Numbered from the stretch's first letter, positions 1-10,658 are shown. The stretch is 64,000 nt of DNA from an uncultured Spirochaetota bacterium (GCA_963820525.1 CAWGAA010000002.1:608001-672000), one strand, 5' to 3'. The notes: generated from the sequence alone by a model not told the origin. Translations and numbers: made by a program.

Positions 1-22
1 GGCGCGTGGGGACGCCCTTTCA

Positions 23-979
23 ATGGAGAAGCTCGCCGCGATGGTATTGGGGACGCTCGTGGCCGCCACGTTCATCTTCGCCTTCCCCTTTTGGATCCTG
101 GTTCTGGGGGTCCTCGTCGCTGCCGGAATCGCCGTGTACAAGGTGATCGGGGACGGCTTTCTCCTTCAGTATGCGATCCTCACCGCGGGGCTGCTTCTCA
201 TGCCTACCCTGCAGCTGGCCAACCAGTGGGAGAAGGCCGTGATCTTCCGTCTGGGAAAATTCCGCGGTCTGCGCGGACCCGGCCTCTTTCTCATCGTGCC
301 CCTCATCGACCGCGCTGCCCGCTACATCGATACCCGCATCCGTGCCACGGATTTCCGGGCCGAGACCACCCTGACGCGGGACACCGTGTCGGTGAACGTG
401 GACGCCATCGCCTTCTGGATGATCTGGGATGCGGAGAAGGCCACCCTCGAGGTGGAGGACTACCTCGATGCGGTAATCCTTTCGGCTCAGGCCGCGCTTC
501 GCGACGCCATTGGAAAGCATGACCTCGCCAGCCTTCTCTCGGAGCGGGAACGTCTGGGCAAGGAGATCCAGGAGATCCTGGACGCGAAGACCAACCCCTG
601 GGGGGTGTCCATCCTCTCCATCGGGATAACCGACATCGTCATTTCCAAGGAGCTGGAGGACGCCCTCTCCCAGCAGGCGCAGGCCGAGCGGGAGAAGCAG
701 TCTCGCCTTATCCTGGGCGAGGCGGAAGTCGAGGTAGCCCAAAAATACGTGGAGGCCTCGAAGCAGTACGCGGACAATCCGACGGCGCTGCAGCTTCGCG
801 CCATGAGCATGGTGTACGAGTCGATCAGGAAGAACGGCACCGTCGTGCTCCTGCCCTCGGGTGCCGTGCAGGACATGGCCCTGGGCAAGGTCATGGACGA
901 TGTGACAAAGGGCAAGAAGCCGCTTCAAGACCTGACGGGGCTGGGCGGCAAATCCGCTGCTGCGGGGGGCGGGCAATGA
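23..979 (+). CDS. SPFH/band 7 (stomatin/slipin) family membrane protein
   Basis: N-terminal TM segments, then QWEKAVIFRLGK..GPGLFLIVPLID, AQAALRDAIG, QAEREKQSR, NPTALQLR stomatin motifs. Confidence 0.92.
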   Translation: MEKLAAMVLGTLVAATFIFAFPFWILVLGVLVAAGIAVYKVIGDGFLLQYAILTAGLLLMPTLQLANQWEKAVIFRLGKFRGLRGPGLFLIVPLIDRAARYIDTRIRATDFRAETTLTRDTVSVNVDAIAFWMIWDAEKATLEVEDYLDAVILSAQAALRDAIGKHDLASLLSERERLGKEIQEILDAKTNPWGVSILSIGITDIVISKELEDALSQQAQAEREKQSRLILGEAEVEVAQKYVEASKQYADNPTALQLRAMSMVYESIRKNGTVVLLPSGAVQDMALGKVMDDVTKGKKPLQDLTGLGGKSAAAGGGQ

Positions 980-1653
980 TCAGAGTCGAGGGAGTGACAA
1001 AGGAATATGACGGCAAGGTCCGCGTCCACGCGCTCAAGGGGATAGACCTCGCCATTGAAAAGGGAGAGTTTCTGTCCCTTGCCGGGCCTTCGGGGTCGGG
1101 CAAGACCACCCTCCTCAACCTCATCGGCTGCCTGGATGTGTGCACCAGCGGGGAGGTCTTCATCGAGGGTGAGCCGGTGTCGAGCAAGAGCAGGAAGGAG
1201 TTGGCGTTTCTTCGAAGGGAGAAGATCGGCTTCATCTTCCAGACCTTCAACCTCATCCCGGTGCTCACCGCGCTGGAGAACGTGGGCTTTACCCTCTCCC
1301 TCCTGGGGATCGAACCCCGCGAAGTGGAGCGCAGGGCGCTGGCCATCCTCAGGGAAGTGGGGCTGGCGGGAATGGAGAGGCGCCGCCCATCCGAGCTTTC
1401 CGGTGGCCAGCAGCAGAGGGTGGCCATCGCCAGGGCTTTGGTGAAGGGGCCGTCCCTTATTCTTGCGGACGAGCCGACCGCCAACCTCGACTCGGCGACG
1501 GGCAGGGAGATCCTGGTCCTCATGGAGGCCTTGAACCGGAGTCATGGCACGACGTTCGTGTTTTCCACGCATGACGCGATGGTCATGAACTTTGCCCGGC
1601 GGCTGGTCCTCCTCCACGACGGCCAGGTCGTGTCGGATAAAAGGAGCGCGTGA
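976..1653 (+). CDS. ABC transporter ATP-binding protein (LolD/MacB-type)
   Basis: Walker A GPSGSGKTT, LSGGQQQRVAIARAL, ILADEPTANLD; ATGA overlap with the SPFH gene. Confidence 0.95.
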   Translation: MIRVEGVTKEYDGKVRVHALKGIDLAIEKGEFLSLAGPSGSGKTTLLNLIGCLDVCTSGEVFIEGEPVSSKSRKELAFLRREKIGFIFQTFNLIPVLTALENVGFTLSLLGIEPREVERRALAILREVGLAGMERRRPSELSGGQQQRVAIARALVKGPSLILADEPTANLDSATGREILVLMEALNRSHGTTFVFSTHDAMVMNFARRLVLLHDGQVVSDKRSA

Positions 1654-2888
1654 TGCGGTTCCTCCTATCGCTGGCATGGAAGAACCTCTCCCGCTACAGG
1701 AGGAGGTCGTTCATCACGGCCATCGCCATCTTGGCGGGGCTCTCCATCTACATCGTGGCGGACAGCATGTTCGCCGGGATAGAGCAGGACTCGGAGCGCA
1801 ACTTCGTCTTCTACGAAGCGGGGGCTGCCCAGGTGATGGACGCGCGGTTTTTCAATGAGATCGACTACCTTCCACTGAAATACGCCATAGTTAACCCTAC
1901 CGCGGTGCGCGAAGCCCTTGCGCCGCTGGGGGTCCGCTCAACGCCGCGCATCCGCTTCATGGGCGAGCTGTTCAACGGCGAAGACTCGCAGGCGGTGCTG
2001 ATGGTCGCCCTGGATCCGGCTACCGACGGCTCCGTGCTCCGCTTGCGGGAATCGGTGACCGAGGGAACGTATCTGGGAGCAGAGGCGTCTCGCATCATGG
2101 TGGGCAGGCTCCTGGCAGAAGACCTGAAAGCCGGGCTGGGAGATACGCTGACGCTCAGGACGCGCACGCGCGATGGGGCGTTCCAGACCGCGGATCTCGA
2201 GCTTTCCGGGATCATAGATTCGCCCAATCCCTACCTCAACAAGGGGGTGGGCTTCATCTCGCTTGCCGCGGCCGACGACCTGCTGCAGATGCAAGGCGCA
2301 GTGACCGAAATACTCGTCTCCGCCGACAACTGGAGGAAGCCGGAGAGGCTGGCCGCTTCAATGACGGGAGCCCTCGAGGGCAAATTCCCCGGGCTGACCG
2401 TCAAGAGCTGGCGTGACCTCGGCCAGGATTTCATCAACCTGGTTCAGATGCACCAGGGGGTTTACGGCCTCCTTCTCTTTCTCGTGTTCATCATCGCGGG
2501 GGTTGGAATTTCCAACACCATGCTCATGGCCGTATACGAGCGCTTCCGGGAGATCGGCATGATGCGCGCCCTCGGCATGAAGGACGGCGCCCTGCGTCTC
2601 GCCTTCCTCCTGGAAGCTGGAGGAATCGGGCTCATCGGGTCCCTGGGGGGAGTGCTGGTGGGGGCCTGCCTCTCATATGTCGTGGTCAGGTGGGGCATCG
2701 ACTACACGACCCTCATCGGCAGGATGGATTTCGGCTACCGCATCACGGGGGTTTTCCGAGGGGCCTGGAATCCGCCCACCATGGTCGCGGCGTTCATCCT
2801 GGGGATCGTCTCCTCGATGGTCGTTTCCCTTATCCCCGCCTCCCGCGCGCTCCGTCGGGAGATAACGGAGTGCCTGAGGCATGTGTAG
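1650..2888 (+). CDS. FtsX/LolE-like ABC permease
   Basis: LAWKNLSRYRRRS N-terminus, periplasmic domain, NTMLMAVYERFREIGMMRALG motif. Confidence 0.92.
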   Translation: MMRFLLSLAWKNLSRYRRRSFITAIAILAGLSIYIVADSMFAGIEQDSERNFVFYEAGAAQVMDARFFNEIDYLPLKYAIVNPTAVREALAPLGVRSTPRIRFMGELFNGEDSQAVLMVALDPATDGSVLRLRESVTEGTYLGAEASRIMVGRLLAEDLKAGLGDTLTLRTRTRDGAFQTADLELSGIIDSPNPYLNKGVGFISLAAADDLLQMQGAVTEILVSADNWRKPERLAASMTGALEGKFPGLTVKSWRDLGQDFINLVQMHQGVYGLLLFLVFIIAGVGISNTMLMAVYERFREIGMMRALGMKDGALRLAFLLEAGGIGLIGSLGGVLVGACLSYVVVRWGIDYTTLIGRMDFGYRITGVFRGAWNPPTMVAAFILGIVSSMVVSLIPASRALRREITECLRHV

Positions 2889-2900
2889 CAGGAGAATCCG

Positions 2901-4133
2901 ATGAATATCGTCGCCATAGCTTTCAGAAACGTCGGAAGAAACAAGAGGCGGACCGCCCTTTCCGTGACGGCCATCGCAATCGCCGCCATGGTGATCGTGT
3001 TCATGTTTGCCATCATTGATGGGTTGAAAGTGGACATCCTCAACAACATCTTCCATATGGTCACCGGCCAGGTCAGGGTGCGCAATGCCCGTTTCGACGA
3101 GAACGAGATCAGGAATCCCCTCGACCTGGGGATATCAGATGCCGACGGCGTGCTTCGGCTGCTTGAGGCGCAGCCCTCGATACAAAGCCTCTCTCCCCGG
3201 ATCATGTTTCCGACCGCCCTGTACAGGGAGGGAAAGAACTACAGGGGAATGGGCTTGGGGGTGGACTTCGGACGGGAAGAGGGCTTCCAGGGGCTCTCCC
3301 GCAGCCTTGTCCAGGGAAGCATGCCCTCTTCAGGCGCAAGGGAGACGGCCCTCTCTTCCGGCCTCGCTCGGGACATGGGTGTCGGGGTGGGGGACAAGAT
3401 CACCCTTTACACGAAGAACGCCTCGGGCGGAATGAACGGCATGACTCTCAGGATCACGGGGATCTTCGTGTTCAGCGTGCCCAGCTTCAACAAGAGCCTC
3501 TTCCTCCTTCCCCTGGACACGGCGCAGCGTCTTTTGGGTATGAAGGGCTCCGTGGTGGAGATCCTGGTGCTTCTCCGCGACGGGACGGACGTGGAATCGG
3601 CCGCAGCCTCCATTTCCCGCGCGCTTTTGGAAGCGGACAGGGGCGAGCTCTCCGTGAAGCCGTGGACCACGATCGGCATCTGGTTCACGTATCTCCGCCT
3701 GGCGGACGCCATCTATACGATCTTCGCGCTCGTGTTCGTTCTCCTGGGGACCACGGTGGTGATCAACACCACCATGATGGTGATCTACGAACGGGTGAGG
3801 GAGATCGGCATGATGAGCGCGCTGGGAATGCCGGGGGCTTCGATCGTGGCGTTGTTCTTTCTCGAGTCGCTCTTCATCGGCATCATGGGCGCCCTTGCGG
3901 GCACGATCGCGGGAATAGCGATCACCCTGCCTCTGGCCTCCACTGGGATCGACATGTCCCAGACCATGAGGGGCGTGGATTTCCAGATGTCCGCGATCTT
4001 CAAGCCCGTACTCAACCTGAAATCCACGTCGCTCGCGTTTCTCTACGCCGCGGCTGTCTCTTCGTTCGTATCGATATTTCCGTCCCGCAGGGCATCCCGG
4101 GTGGAGCCGGTGAAGGCGCTGCGGGCCTTGTAG
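2901..4133 (+). CDS. FtsX/LolE-like ABC permease
   Basis: IAFRNVGRNKRRT, NTTMMVIYERVREIGMMSALG, C-terminal PSRRASRVEPVKALR. Confidence 0.92.
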   Translation: MNIVAIAFRNVGRNKRRTALSVTAIAIAAMVIVFMFAIIDGLKVDILNNIFHMVTGQVRVRNARFDENEIRNPLDLGISDADGVLRLLEAQPSIQSLSPRIMFPTALYREGKNYRGMGLGVDFGREEGFQGLSRSLVQGSMPSSGARETALSSGLARDMGVGVGDKITLYTKNASGGMNGMTLRITGIFVFSVPSFNKSLFLLPLDTAQRLLGMKGSVVEILVLLRDGTDVESAAASISRALLEADRGELSVKPWTTIGIWFTYLRLADAIYTIFALVFVLLGTTVVINTTMMVIYERVREIGMMSALGMPGASIVALFFLESLFIGIMGALAGTIAGIAITLPLASTGIDMSQTMRGVDFQMSAIFKPVLNLKSTSLAFLYAAAVSSFVSIFPSRRASRVEPVKALRAL

Positions 4134-4149
4134 ACTCGGGAGGCCTTTC

Positions 4150-4878
4150 ATGAAGAACGCTGCTATGACGATTTTCTTCGTCCTGGCGCTCCGCGCCTGG
4201 GGAATCGATCCGGCTGAGATTGTCAGGCGGATGGAGGAGAACCAGGTCCAGAAGACCGCGCAGTTCGAGGGGAGCTTCACGATCGCGGACCGCTTCGGCT
4301 CGCGTGTAAAAACCTTCAAGGCCTTCTCCATAGGAGAAGATAGGATGCTCATCGAGTTCACGAATCCCGAGGAAGCGGGTCAGAAGATCCTGCGGGTGGC
4401 GGACGACATCTATCTCTATTTCCCCGAGGCCGAGGAGGTGATCCGTCTCCAGGGAAGCGCGCTCAAGGATTCCGTGATGGGGTCCGACTTCTCCTACGAG
4501 GACTTCACGGGAGAGAGGGGCCTGCTGAACCTGTATGCCGTGGAGCTGGAAAAAAGCGAAAGCCTCGACGGCCGCGACTGTTTCGTGCTGAAGCTCACGG
4601 GAAAGAAAAAGAGCATCGCCTATCCCCTCCAGCGCATGTGGGTGGACGCCGAGCTGTTCGTGGTCCGCAAGGCCTCCTATTTCTCCCTTTCGGCAAAGCC
4701 GATGAAGGAAATGTCGGTGCAGGAGGTCCGCGCAGTTTCGGGGAAGAACGTGCCCACCAGGTTCGAAATGCGCGATCTCCTGAAGAAGGACTCGAGCACC
4801 ATCTTCAAGATCAAGAAGATCCTTATCGACGTCCCTCTTGATCCGAAGATTTTCACTCGGGAAGAGCTGTCATGGTGA
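4150..4878 (+). CDS. LolA-like outer-membrane lipoprotein-sorting protein
   Basis: Signal peptide; FTNPEEAGQKIL, SVMGSDFSYED, C-terminal DPKIFTREEL typical of the LolA_like family. Confidence 0.85.
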   Translation: MKNAAMTIFFVLALRAWGIDPAEIVRRMEENQVQKTAQFEGSFTIADRFGSRVKTFKAFSIGEDRMLIEFTNPEEAGQKILRVADDIYLYFPEAEEVIRLQGSALKDSVMGSDFSYEDFTGERGLLNLYAVELEKSESLDGRDCFVLKLTGKKKSIAYPLQRMWVDAELFVVRKASYFSLSAKPMKEMSVQEVRAVSGKNVPTRFEMRDLLKKDSSTIFKIKKILIDVPLDPKIFTREELSW

Positions 4879-5993
4879 GAAAAGGCATTCTGCTTGCGGC
4901 CGTTGTCCTGCTTCTCTACGCCTCCGGCGCTCCCGCAGAGCTTCGCACAATGGGGCAGATTACGATCCTCACTGCCGCAATGAGAATGACGGACCTCTTC
5001 CAGCTCACAAACTCGGGGGAAGCAAGGATAACCTTTCAGGCCGAGGAATCCCGCGAAGTGAAGGGGCTGGTCGAGCTCGATGCCCTGGTAACCCCCGGAA
5101 CCGTTCCCGAAGCCGTTTTCGACGTGCCCCGGGCGTACCTGAAGATCAGGTTTCCCAGCTTCCGCCTGACCGCCGGAAAAACCCGCCTCTCATGGGGCAG
5201 CGGGTTCATCTTCGACGCCGGGGACGTCATATTCGGCGGGATGTCGGCAATCCTCGACCTGACGCAGGTGGACCCCCGGGACAGGACCGCGTGGCTCGCC
5301 TCCGCGTACGTTCCCCTGGGAGATTTCTCGTTTCTGGAAGGGGCCGTTTTGCCGCACATGCCTCTTCCTCCCGGCGTTCCAGCGACTGCCGGTTCTCCTT
5401 TCGTTCCATTCGAATCGCTCGTCGGCGGGGCCAGGGCCGTGCTGGGGCTCTCAGGTTTCTCCGCCGAGGCCGGCTATCTCTATGACGGCGACGATAGCCT
5501 TCACAAGCCCTTCGTCAGCGTCCAGGGGAGCTTGTTCTTCGATTTGTATGCGGCGGCGGGGATCTCGATCCCGCAGGCCGCATCTTCGTGGGACGATGTG
5601 AAGGACAGTCTCACGATATCCTTCGGTGCAAGCCGCATATTCGGCCTCGAAGCCGGTGAAAACCTCAGTTTCCGGGCCGAAGCCGGGTTCATTCCTTATG
5701 GGCAGTGGAAGGACTCCGGAAGCGGCCTGCCGCCGGGAAGCCCCGGATATGGAGCCTTGGTTTTTCTGGAATCGGTGTACAGCCCCAGCGACGCCTTCGC
5801 GGTCCAGGCCAGGGGTATCCTTTCGCCGGTTGACGCCTCCGGCGTAGCCCTTCTCACGGTTTCCTGGAACATCTATCAAGGCCTTCGGATCTCAGCCACG
5901 GGCTCCCTGATGTTCGGCCATGAAGCCGACCTCTTCGGCTGGGGCAGGGACGGAGACGTGGCGCTCCTGGCGGGTCTGGAATACAGGTTCTAA
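4872..5993 (+). CDS. Hypothetical exported protein, probable outer-membrane beta-barrel
   Basis: Signal peptide, GKTRLSWGSG motif, amphipathic strands, C-terminal LEYRF Bam-type signal. Confidence 0.7.
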   Translation: MVRKGILLAAVVLLLYASGAPAELRTMGQITILTAAMRMTDLFQLTNSGEARITFQAEESREVKGLVELDALVTPGTVPEAVFDVPRAYLKIRFPSFRLTAGKTRLSWGSGFIFDAGDVIFGGMSAILDLTQVDPRDRTAWLASAYVPLGDFSFLEGAVLPHMPLPPGVPATAGSPFVPFESLVGGARAVLGLSGFSAEAGYLYDGDDSLHKPFVSVQGSLFFDLYAAAGISIPQAASSWDDVKDSLTISFGASRIFGLEAGENLSFRAEAGFIPYGQWKDSGSGLPPGSPGYGALVFLESVYSPSDAFAVQARGILSPVDASGVALLTVSWNIYQGLRISATGSLMFGHEADLFGWGRDGDVALLAGLEYRF

Positions 5994-6067
5994 AGCCGCT
6001 GTCGCCTTCAGCGCGGGTATCGGGTATACTCCCGGCGGAACTTAAGCCGTCTTACGGGAGGATACCG

Positions 6068-8440
6068 ATGGCAGGTCTGCGGGATACCCTGCGCTCGATC
6101 AGGTTCGCCGGGCTGGGCAACTCGTTTCGCGCAATCCGTTACGCGAGGCTCAGGGATTCGCTGAACGCGAAGCATGCGCGGTCCGAATCCGACCAGGCGC
6201 CACGTCTGCCCGGCAAACTCCGTGCGGCACAGGCGTTTTCCTCCGGGGCCCTCTTCACCTTCGATGCGGTGCAGCTTTCCGCGCGATTTCTCACCGATGA
6301 CTTCGTTTTCCTGGCGTGGGACGGGGCCGGCATGAGCCCTTCCTGGGCGGTGGCCCGGGAAGAGTGGCCGGGGTGCGACATCGCGCTCGAGAAGCACGGC
6401 GACGGGTGGAGCCTGCGCGGCGGTGGGCTCGGGCTTCAGGTCTCGGCGTCCGGCGCCTTGAAGGTCATGGACAAAGACGGCAGGCTCCTTCGCGAGGAAG
6501 GGCCCATGGAGCGGCGCGGCAGCGGATGGTCGCAGAGGGCGCAGCTTTCACCCGAGGCATGCGTGTACGGCCTGGGAGGCAGGTTTTCGCCGCTGAACCG
6601 GCGCCGGGCCATGGAGCGCGACGGAGGTCCCGAATCTTTTCGGTTCTGGAATACCGACCCCGGCGGCACCTTCGGCCCCGGCGACGATCCTCTCTACATC
6701 TGCATGCCGGTGTACCTCTGCCTCCACGACGCCGGATGCTATCTCGCTTTCCACGACAACACCTTTGACGGCTCGCTCTCCCTCGGCTCAGAGCTGGAAG
6801 TGCGCTTCGTGGACGGCCCCTGCCGCACGTACATTGCTGCGGGAACCCCCGCGGCAGCGCTTGAGCGTTTCACATCGCTCACCGGCCGTCCGCCGCTTCC
6901 CCCGCTGTGGGCTTTCGGGTTCCACCAGTCCCGGTGGGGCTACCGCACTGAAGCCGAGCTTCGCCGCGTTTTTGCCGGCTTCAAGGCCAACGATCTCCCC
7001 CTGAGCGGTCTGCACCTCGACATCGACCATCTCGATGGTTTTCGCACCCTGACCATCGACAGGAAAACCCACCCAGATCTGCCAGGCTTCTCCAGGGAGC
7101 TTGCCGCAGCCGGAGCGCACCTGGTTGTCATCACGGATCCGGGGATCAAGCGGGACCCCGGATTTTCATTGTACGATGAAGGCCTCTCCCGGAAGGTGTT
7201 CTGCGCCTTGCCGGACGGAAAGATTCTTTCCGCTGTCGTGTGGGCGGGCTGGAGCGTGTTCCCCGACTTCACAAACCCGAAAGCCCGCGCCTGGTGGGGC
7301 ACTCAATACAAGGCCCAGATCTCCAAAGGAATCGACGGCTTCTGGCACGACATGAACGAGCCAGCGGCATGGGCTTCCGCTGGTGAATCAACCTTGCCGC
7401 TCGGCGTTCGCCACGACATGGAGGGACGCGGCGGGGATCATCGCGAAGCCCACAACATCTACGGCTTGATGATGAACCGCGCCGGTTACGAGGGGCTTCG
7501 CGGCTTGCGGCCGGATCGTCGCCCCTTCATAGTCACGCGGGCGGGGTGGGCGGGCATGCAGAGGTGGTCATGGACGTGGATGGGCGACATGGAGACCTCG
7601 TGGGCCGCGCTTCGAAGGACGGTGGCGGGCGTTCTGGGGCTCGGGCTTTCCGGCATGCCGTACACGGGCCCGGACATCGGGGGCTTCAACGGCATCCCGT
7701 CGGCCGAGCTTTCCACGCGCTGGTTTCAGCTCGCATCGTTTCTGCCCTTTTTCCGCACCCACTCCGCCATCGGTCTTCCTCCGCGCGAGCCGTGGATCTT
7801 CGGGCCCGAAACCCTCGCCATCCTTCGCAAGAGCCTCAAGCGCCGCTACAGGATGCTGCCCTACTGGTATTCGCTTGCGTACCAGGCAACACGTGACGGC
7901 TTGCCGCTTGTCCGCCCGCTTTTCTGGAACGAGCCGCAGAGAAGCGAGCTTCGGGAAGTCGACGATGAGTTCCTCCTGGGGGATGGCCTTCTGGTAGCAC
8001 CCATTCTGGATGAAGGGGCGGGCAGGCGGGCTGTTGTCCTGCCCCCGGGCCTCTGGTACGAGCTTGAGGGCCAACGTCGCTTCGAGGGTCCGGGCAGCGT
8101 CGAGATCGATGCGCCCATAGGAGAAATCCCCGTGCTCGCGCGCGCAGGAGCGATAATCCCCATGCGCGATGAGGCGGGCGGCCTTGTGCTGCACGCCTTT
8201 GCAGGTCAGGGGAGCACGGCCGAGGGCAGGCTCTTCAGCGACGCAGGAGACGGCTATGGACCCTACCGCCTGGACTCTTTCAGCCTGACGCCTGCCGGCG
8301 CCGGAGAGCTTTCGCTCGCCTGGTCCTCGGAAGGCTCGTTCCCCTGGCCCCATCCATCGATCAAGGTGCGCCTGCGCGGGTTCGCGGAGGCACGAGTGAC
8401 GGGAGGGGGGCCCGCGGGGAGCAGCTTGAGCGTTTCTTGA
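6068..8440 (+). CDS. Glycoside hydrolase family 31 (alpha-glucosidase-like)
   Basis: WAFGFHQSRWGY, GFWHDMNEP nucleophile, WMGD acid/base, GPDIGGF, PFFRTH. Confidence 0.95.
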   Translation: MAGLRDTLRSIRFAGLGNSFRAIRYARLRDSLNAKHARSESDQAPRLPGKLRAAQAFSSGALFTFDAVQLSARFLTDDFVFLAWDGAGMSPSWAVAREEWPGCDIALEKHGDGWSLRGGGLGLQVSASGALKVMDKDGRLLREEGPMERRGSGWSQRAQLSPEACVYGLGGRFSPLNRRRAMERDGGPESFRFWNTDPGGTFGPGDDPLYICMPVYLCLHDAGCYLAFHDNTFDGSLSLGSELEVRFVDGPCRTYIAAGTPAAALERFTSLTGRPPLPPLWAFGFHQSRWGYRTEAELRRVFAGFKANDLPLSGLHLDIDHLDGFRTLTIDRKTHPDLPGFSRELAAAGAHLVVITDPGIKRDPGFSLYDEGLSRKVFCALPDGKILSAVVWAGWSVFPDFTNPKARAWWGTQYKAQISKGIDGFWHDMNEPAAWASAGESTLPLGVRHDMEGRGGDHREAHNIYGLMMNRAGYEGLRGLRPDRRPFIVTRAGWAGMQRWSWTWMGDMETSWAALRRTVAGVLGLGLSGMPYTGPDIGGFNGIPSAELSTRWFQLASFLPFFRTHSAIGLPPREPWIFGPETLAILRKSLKRRYRMLPYWYSLAYQATRDGLPLVRPLFWNEPQRSELREVDDEFLLGDGLLVAPILDEGAGRRAVVLPPGLWYELEGQRRFEGPGSVEIDAPIGEIPVLARAGAIIPMRDEAGGLVLHAFAGQGSTAEGRLFSDAGDGYGPYRLDSFSLTPAGAGELSLAWSSEGSFPWPHPSIKVRLRGFAEARVTGGGPAGSSLSVS

Positions 8441-8489
8441 CGGCGCGCCCGCCGTGTGGGAGAATCGGGGTGGACTGCCGGAGGTGCGC

Positions 8490-9779
8490 ATGAAAACGTC
8501 ACGCTACCGTTGGTTCGTCCTTTCCACCCTCTTTCTTTTCGTTTTGCTCCATCAGGCGGACAAGCTTCTGATCGGGCCGCTGACTACCCCGATCATGGAG
8601 GCTTTCGGCATCGATGAAGCCCGGATGGGCCTCGTGTTCTCGGGAGCGGTCATCGTCGGAGCAATCTTCTACCCGATCTGGGGATACCTCTACGACCGCT
8701 TCATCCGGGCCAGGCTCCTGGCCCTCGCCGCGTTCATCTGGGGGGCCACCACGTGGATCAGCGCAGTTGTCAGAACATACACGGGCTTTCTCTTCAGCCG
8801 CGCATCCACCGGCATCGACGATTCCAGCTACCCCGGCCTCTATAACCTGATGGCCGATTACTTCGGTCCGAAGGTGCGGGGAAAAATCAATGGCCTTCTC
8901 CAGATAGCGCAGCCCCTCGGCTACCTGCTGGGAATGGTGCTGGCGCTTCTCCTGGGAAAAGTTCTGGGCTGGCGGATGGTGTTCATCATAACCGGGTCGC
9001 TGGGCATCGTGCTGGCGTTCGTGATCTTTTTCACGGTCAAGGAGCCGGTGCGAGGCGCGAGTGAGCCGGAGCTGAAGGGCATCGAGCAGAAAACAGCACA
9101 CAAGTTCAGCTGGAAGGCGGCCTTCGGCCTGTTCAAGAAGCGCAGCCTGCTTTTCGTCTTCGCCAACGGTTTTGCGGGGGTGTTTCCCTGGCAGGTGATC
9201 CAGTTCTGGATTTTTCGCTACCTCCAGAAGGAACGGGGATACAACGAGACCGAGGTCCTTCTCACCATGGTGAGCGCGATAATCGTTCTGGCGCTGGGAT
9301 ATCCCCTCGGAGGCGCCATCGGCGACGCTCTGTTCAAGAGGACGCCGCGGGGAAGGATCATCGCGAGCTTCTCCGGCGTCATTCTGGGAGCGGTCTTTCT
9401 CTTCATCGCGCTTCAGATCCCCGTGGGGGACAAGCTCACCTTCGGCATCGTGCTCGGGCTCACGGCTCTCTTCATGCCCTTTGCCGCCCCGAACGTCCTT
9501 TCCACGGTCTACGACGTCACCGTTCCCGAGGTGCGAAGCACGGCGAACGCCGTCTTGAACTTCTTCGAGCAGATCGGCTCTTCCATCGCTCCCGCCCTTG
9601 CCGGCTATATCGCGGTCAAGGTTTCCCTGGGAAGCGCGATCCTTTCCATCAGCGTGAGCGCATGGCTTGTCTGTTTCGTGATCCTGGTGATCACGTCGCT
9701 GCTCGTGCCCAAGGACATCGCGGCGCTCCGCGCCGAGCTCCGCCAGAGGGCGGCCGCGGAGACGGGCAACGGCGGCTAA
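8490..9779 (+). CDS. MFS transporter
   Basis: About 12 TM segments, WGYLYDRFIRARL motif A; ATG at 8490 after GGAGG. Confidence 0.9.
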   Translation: MKTSRYRWFVLSTLFLFVLLHQADKLLIGPLTTPIMEAFGIDEARMGLVFSGAVIVGAIFYPIWGYLYDRFIRARLLALAAFIWGATTWISAVVRTYTGFLFSRASTGIDDSSYPGLYNLMADYFGPKVRGKINGLLQIAQPLGYLLGMVLALLLGKVLGWRMVFIITGSLGIVLAFVIFFTVKEPVRGASEPELKGIEQKTAHKFSWKAAFGLFKKRSLLFVFANGFAGVFPWQVIQFWIFRYLQKERGYNETEVLLTMVSAIIVLALGYPLGGAIGDALFKRTPRGRIIASFSGVILGAVFLFIALQIPVGDKLTFGIVLGLTALFMPFAAPNVLSTVYDVTVPEVRSTANAVLNFFEQIGSSIAPALAGYIAVKVSLGSAILSISVSAWLVCFVILVITSLLVPKDIAALRAELRQRAAAETGNGG

Positions 9780-9791
9780 GCCCGGAGGTTC

Positions 9792-10658
9792 TCAGCTTTC
9801 CCAGCTTACGATGTACTCCATGAGATCGTCCTCGTTTTTCACTGCGGGCCGACGAACCGTCCAGGCGCCTTCCAGGCCAAGCTCCCGGGCTGAAAGCTCG
9901 AAGTGGCACATTGCGATGCCCATGTCGAGGCGTTGGATGTCGGCTATGTCGAGCACCTTGGTGGCCAGCCGTTCCCGGTACCCCGGGGTGCGCTTGAGAA
10001 AGAAATGCCAGGAGCTGCCGTCGCACGTTATCCGCCAGGGCTGCTTGTTGGAAGCCGAGGGGCCGAGCCTGACCATCTCGAGGGGCACCGCATACGTGCC
10101 GGCTTTCTCGGGAGTCAGCGGCCGGCCTGATCCGTCGTCGAAGAAGAGCGTGTCCCAGGGAAGCCGGGATGCGGCGCCGATCCCCCGGCGGATAAGGGCA
10201 TTGCGGGAGGCGTCGGGGTTCTCGATGATGCCCACACACGCCACGGCGGGCACCTGTTCCTTGGTTGTCGCGAGGATGCGCGCGGCGAAGCTGCTGCGCG
10301 TGAAAAACCCTCCCAGCCAGCAGGAGCCCAATCCAGCCTCCGTGGCCAGGAGGATGAGCCGCTCCATCACGTAGCCGAAGTCCTCCAGGTCTTTCTCGGC
10401 GGGCCCCACGGCTCCGACGAAGAAACCGCTCTCCCCGCGGATGATGCCGTATGTTCCAAGACCCTTCAGGGCGCTCTTGTCAAGCTCTGTGGCGGCGATC
10501 AGGCGGAAGCGGAGGGCTGCGCCCAGGGGGCCGGAGCTCCAGGAGGCCGCCGCTTCATCGAGGCGGCGTCGGTCTTCGGCGGGGAGGAGCGCGTTCGCGT
10601 ATGTCCTGCACGAAAAGCGCCGTCTGATGATCTCCGTGATCGACGGCGCCTCAGGCAT
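9792..10658 (-). CDS. Nitroreductase family protein
   Basis: RRRFSCRTY, GLGSCWLGG, RLGPSASNKQPWR, DMGIAMCHF. Confidence 0.9.
   Translation of the reverse strand: MPEAPSITEIIRRRFSCRTYANALLPAEDRRRLDEAAASWSSGPLGAALRFRLIAATELDKSALKGLGTYGIIRGESGFFVGAVGPAEKDLEDFGYVMERLILLATEAGLGSCWLGGFFTRSSFAARILATTKEQVPAVACVGIIENPDASRNALIRRGIGAASRLPWDTLFFDDGSGRPLTPEKAGTYAVPLEMVRLGPSASNKQPWRITCDGSSWHFFLKRTPGYRERLATKVLDIADIQRLDMGIAMCHFELSARELGLEGAWTVRRPAVKNEDDLMEYIVSWES

Noticed and set aside
20..976. Long antisense ORFs here and elsewhere (e.g. 15430-17127, 34594-35874, 55752-57149)
   Set aside because: Shadow frames of well-supported genes on the opposite strand, expected in GC-rich DNA; no recognisable motifs
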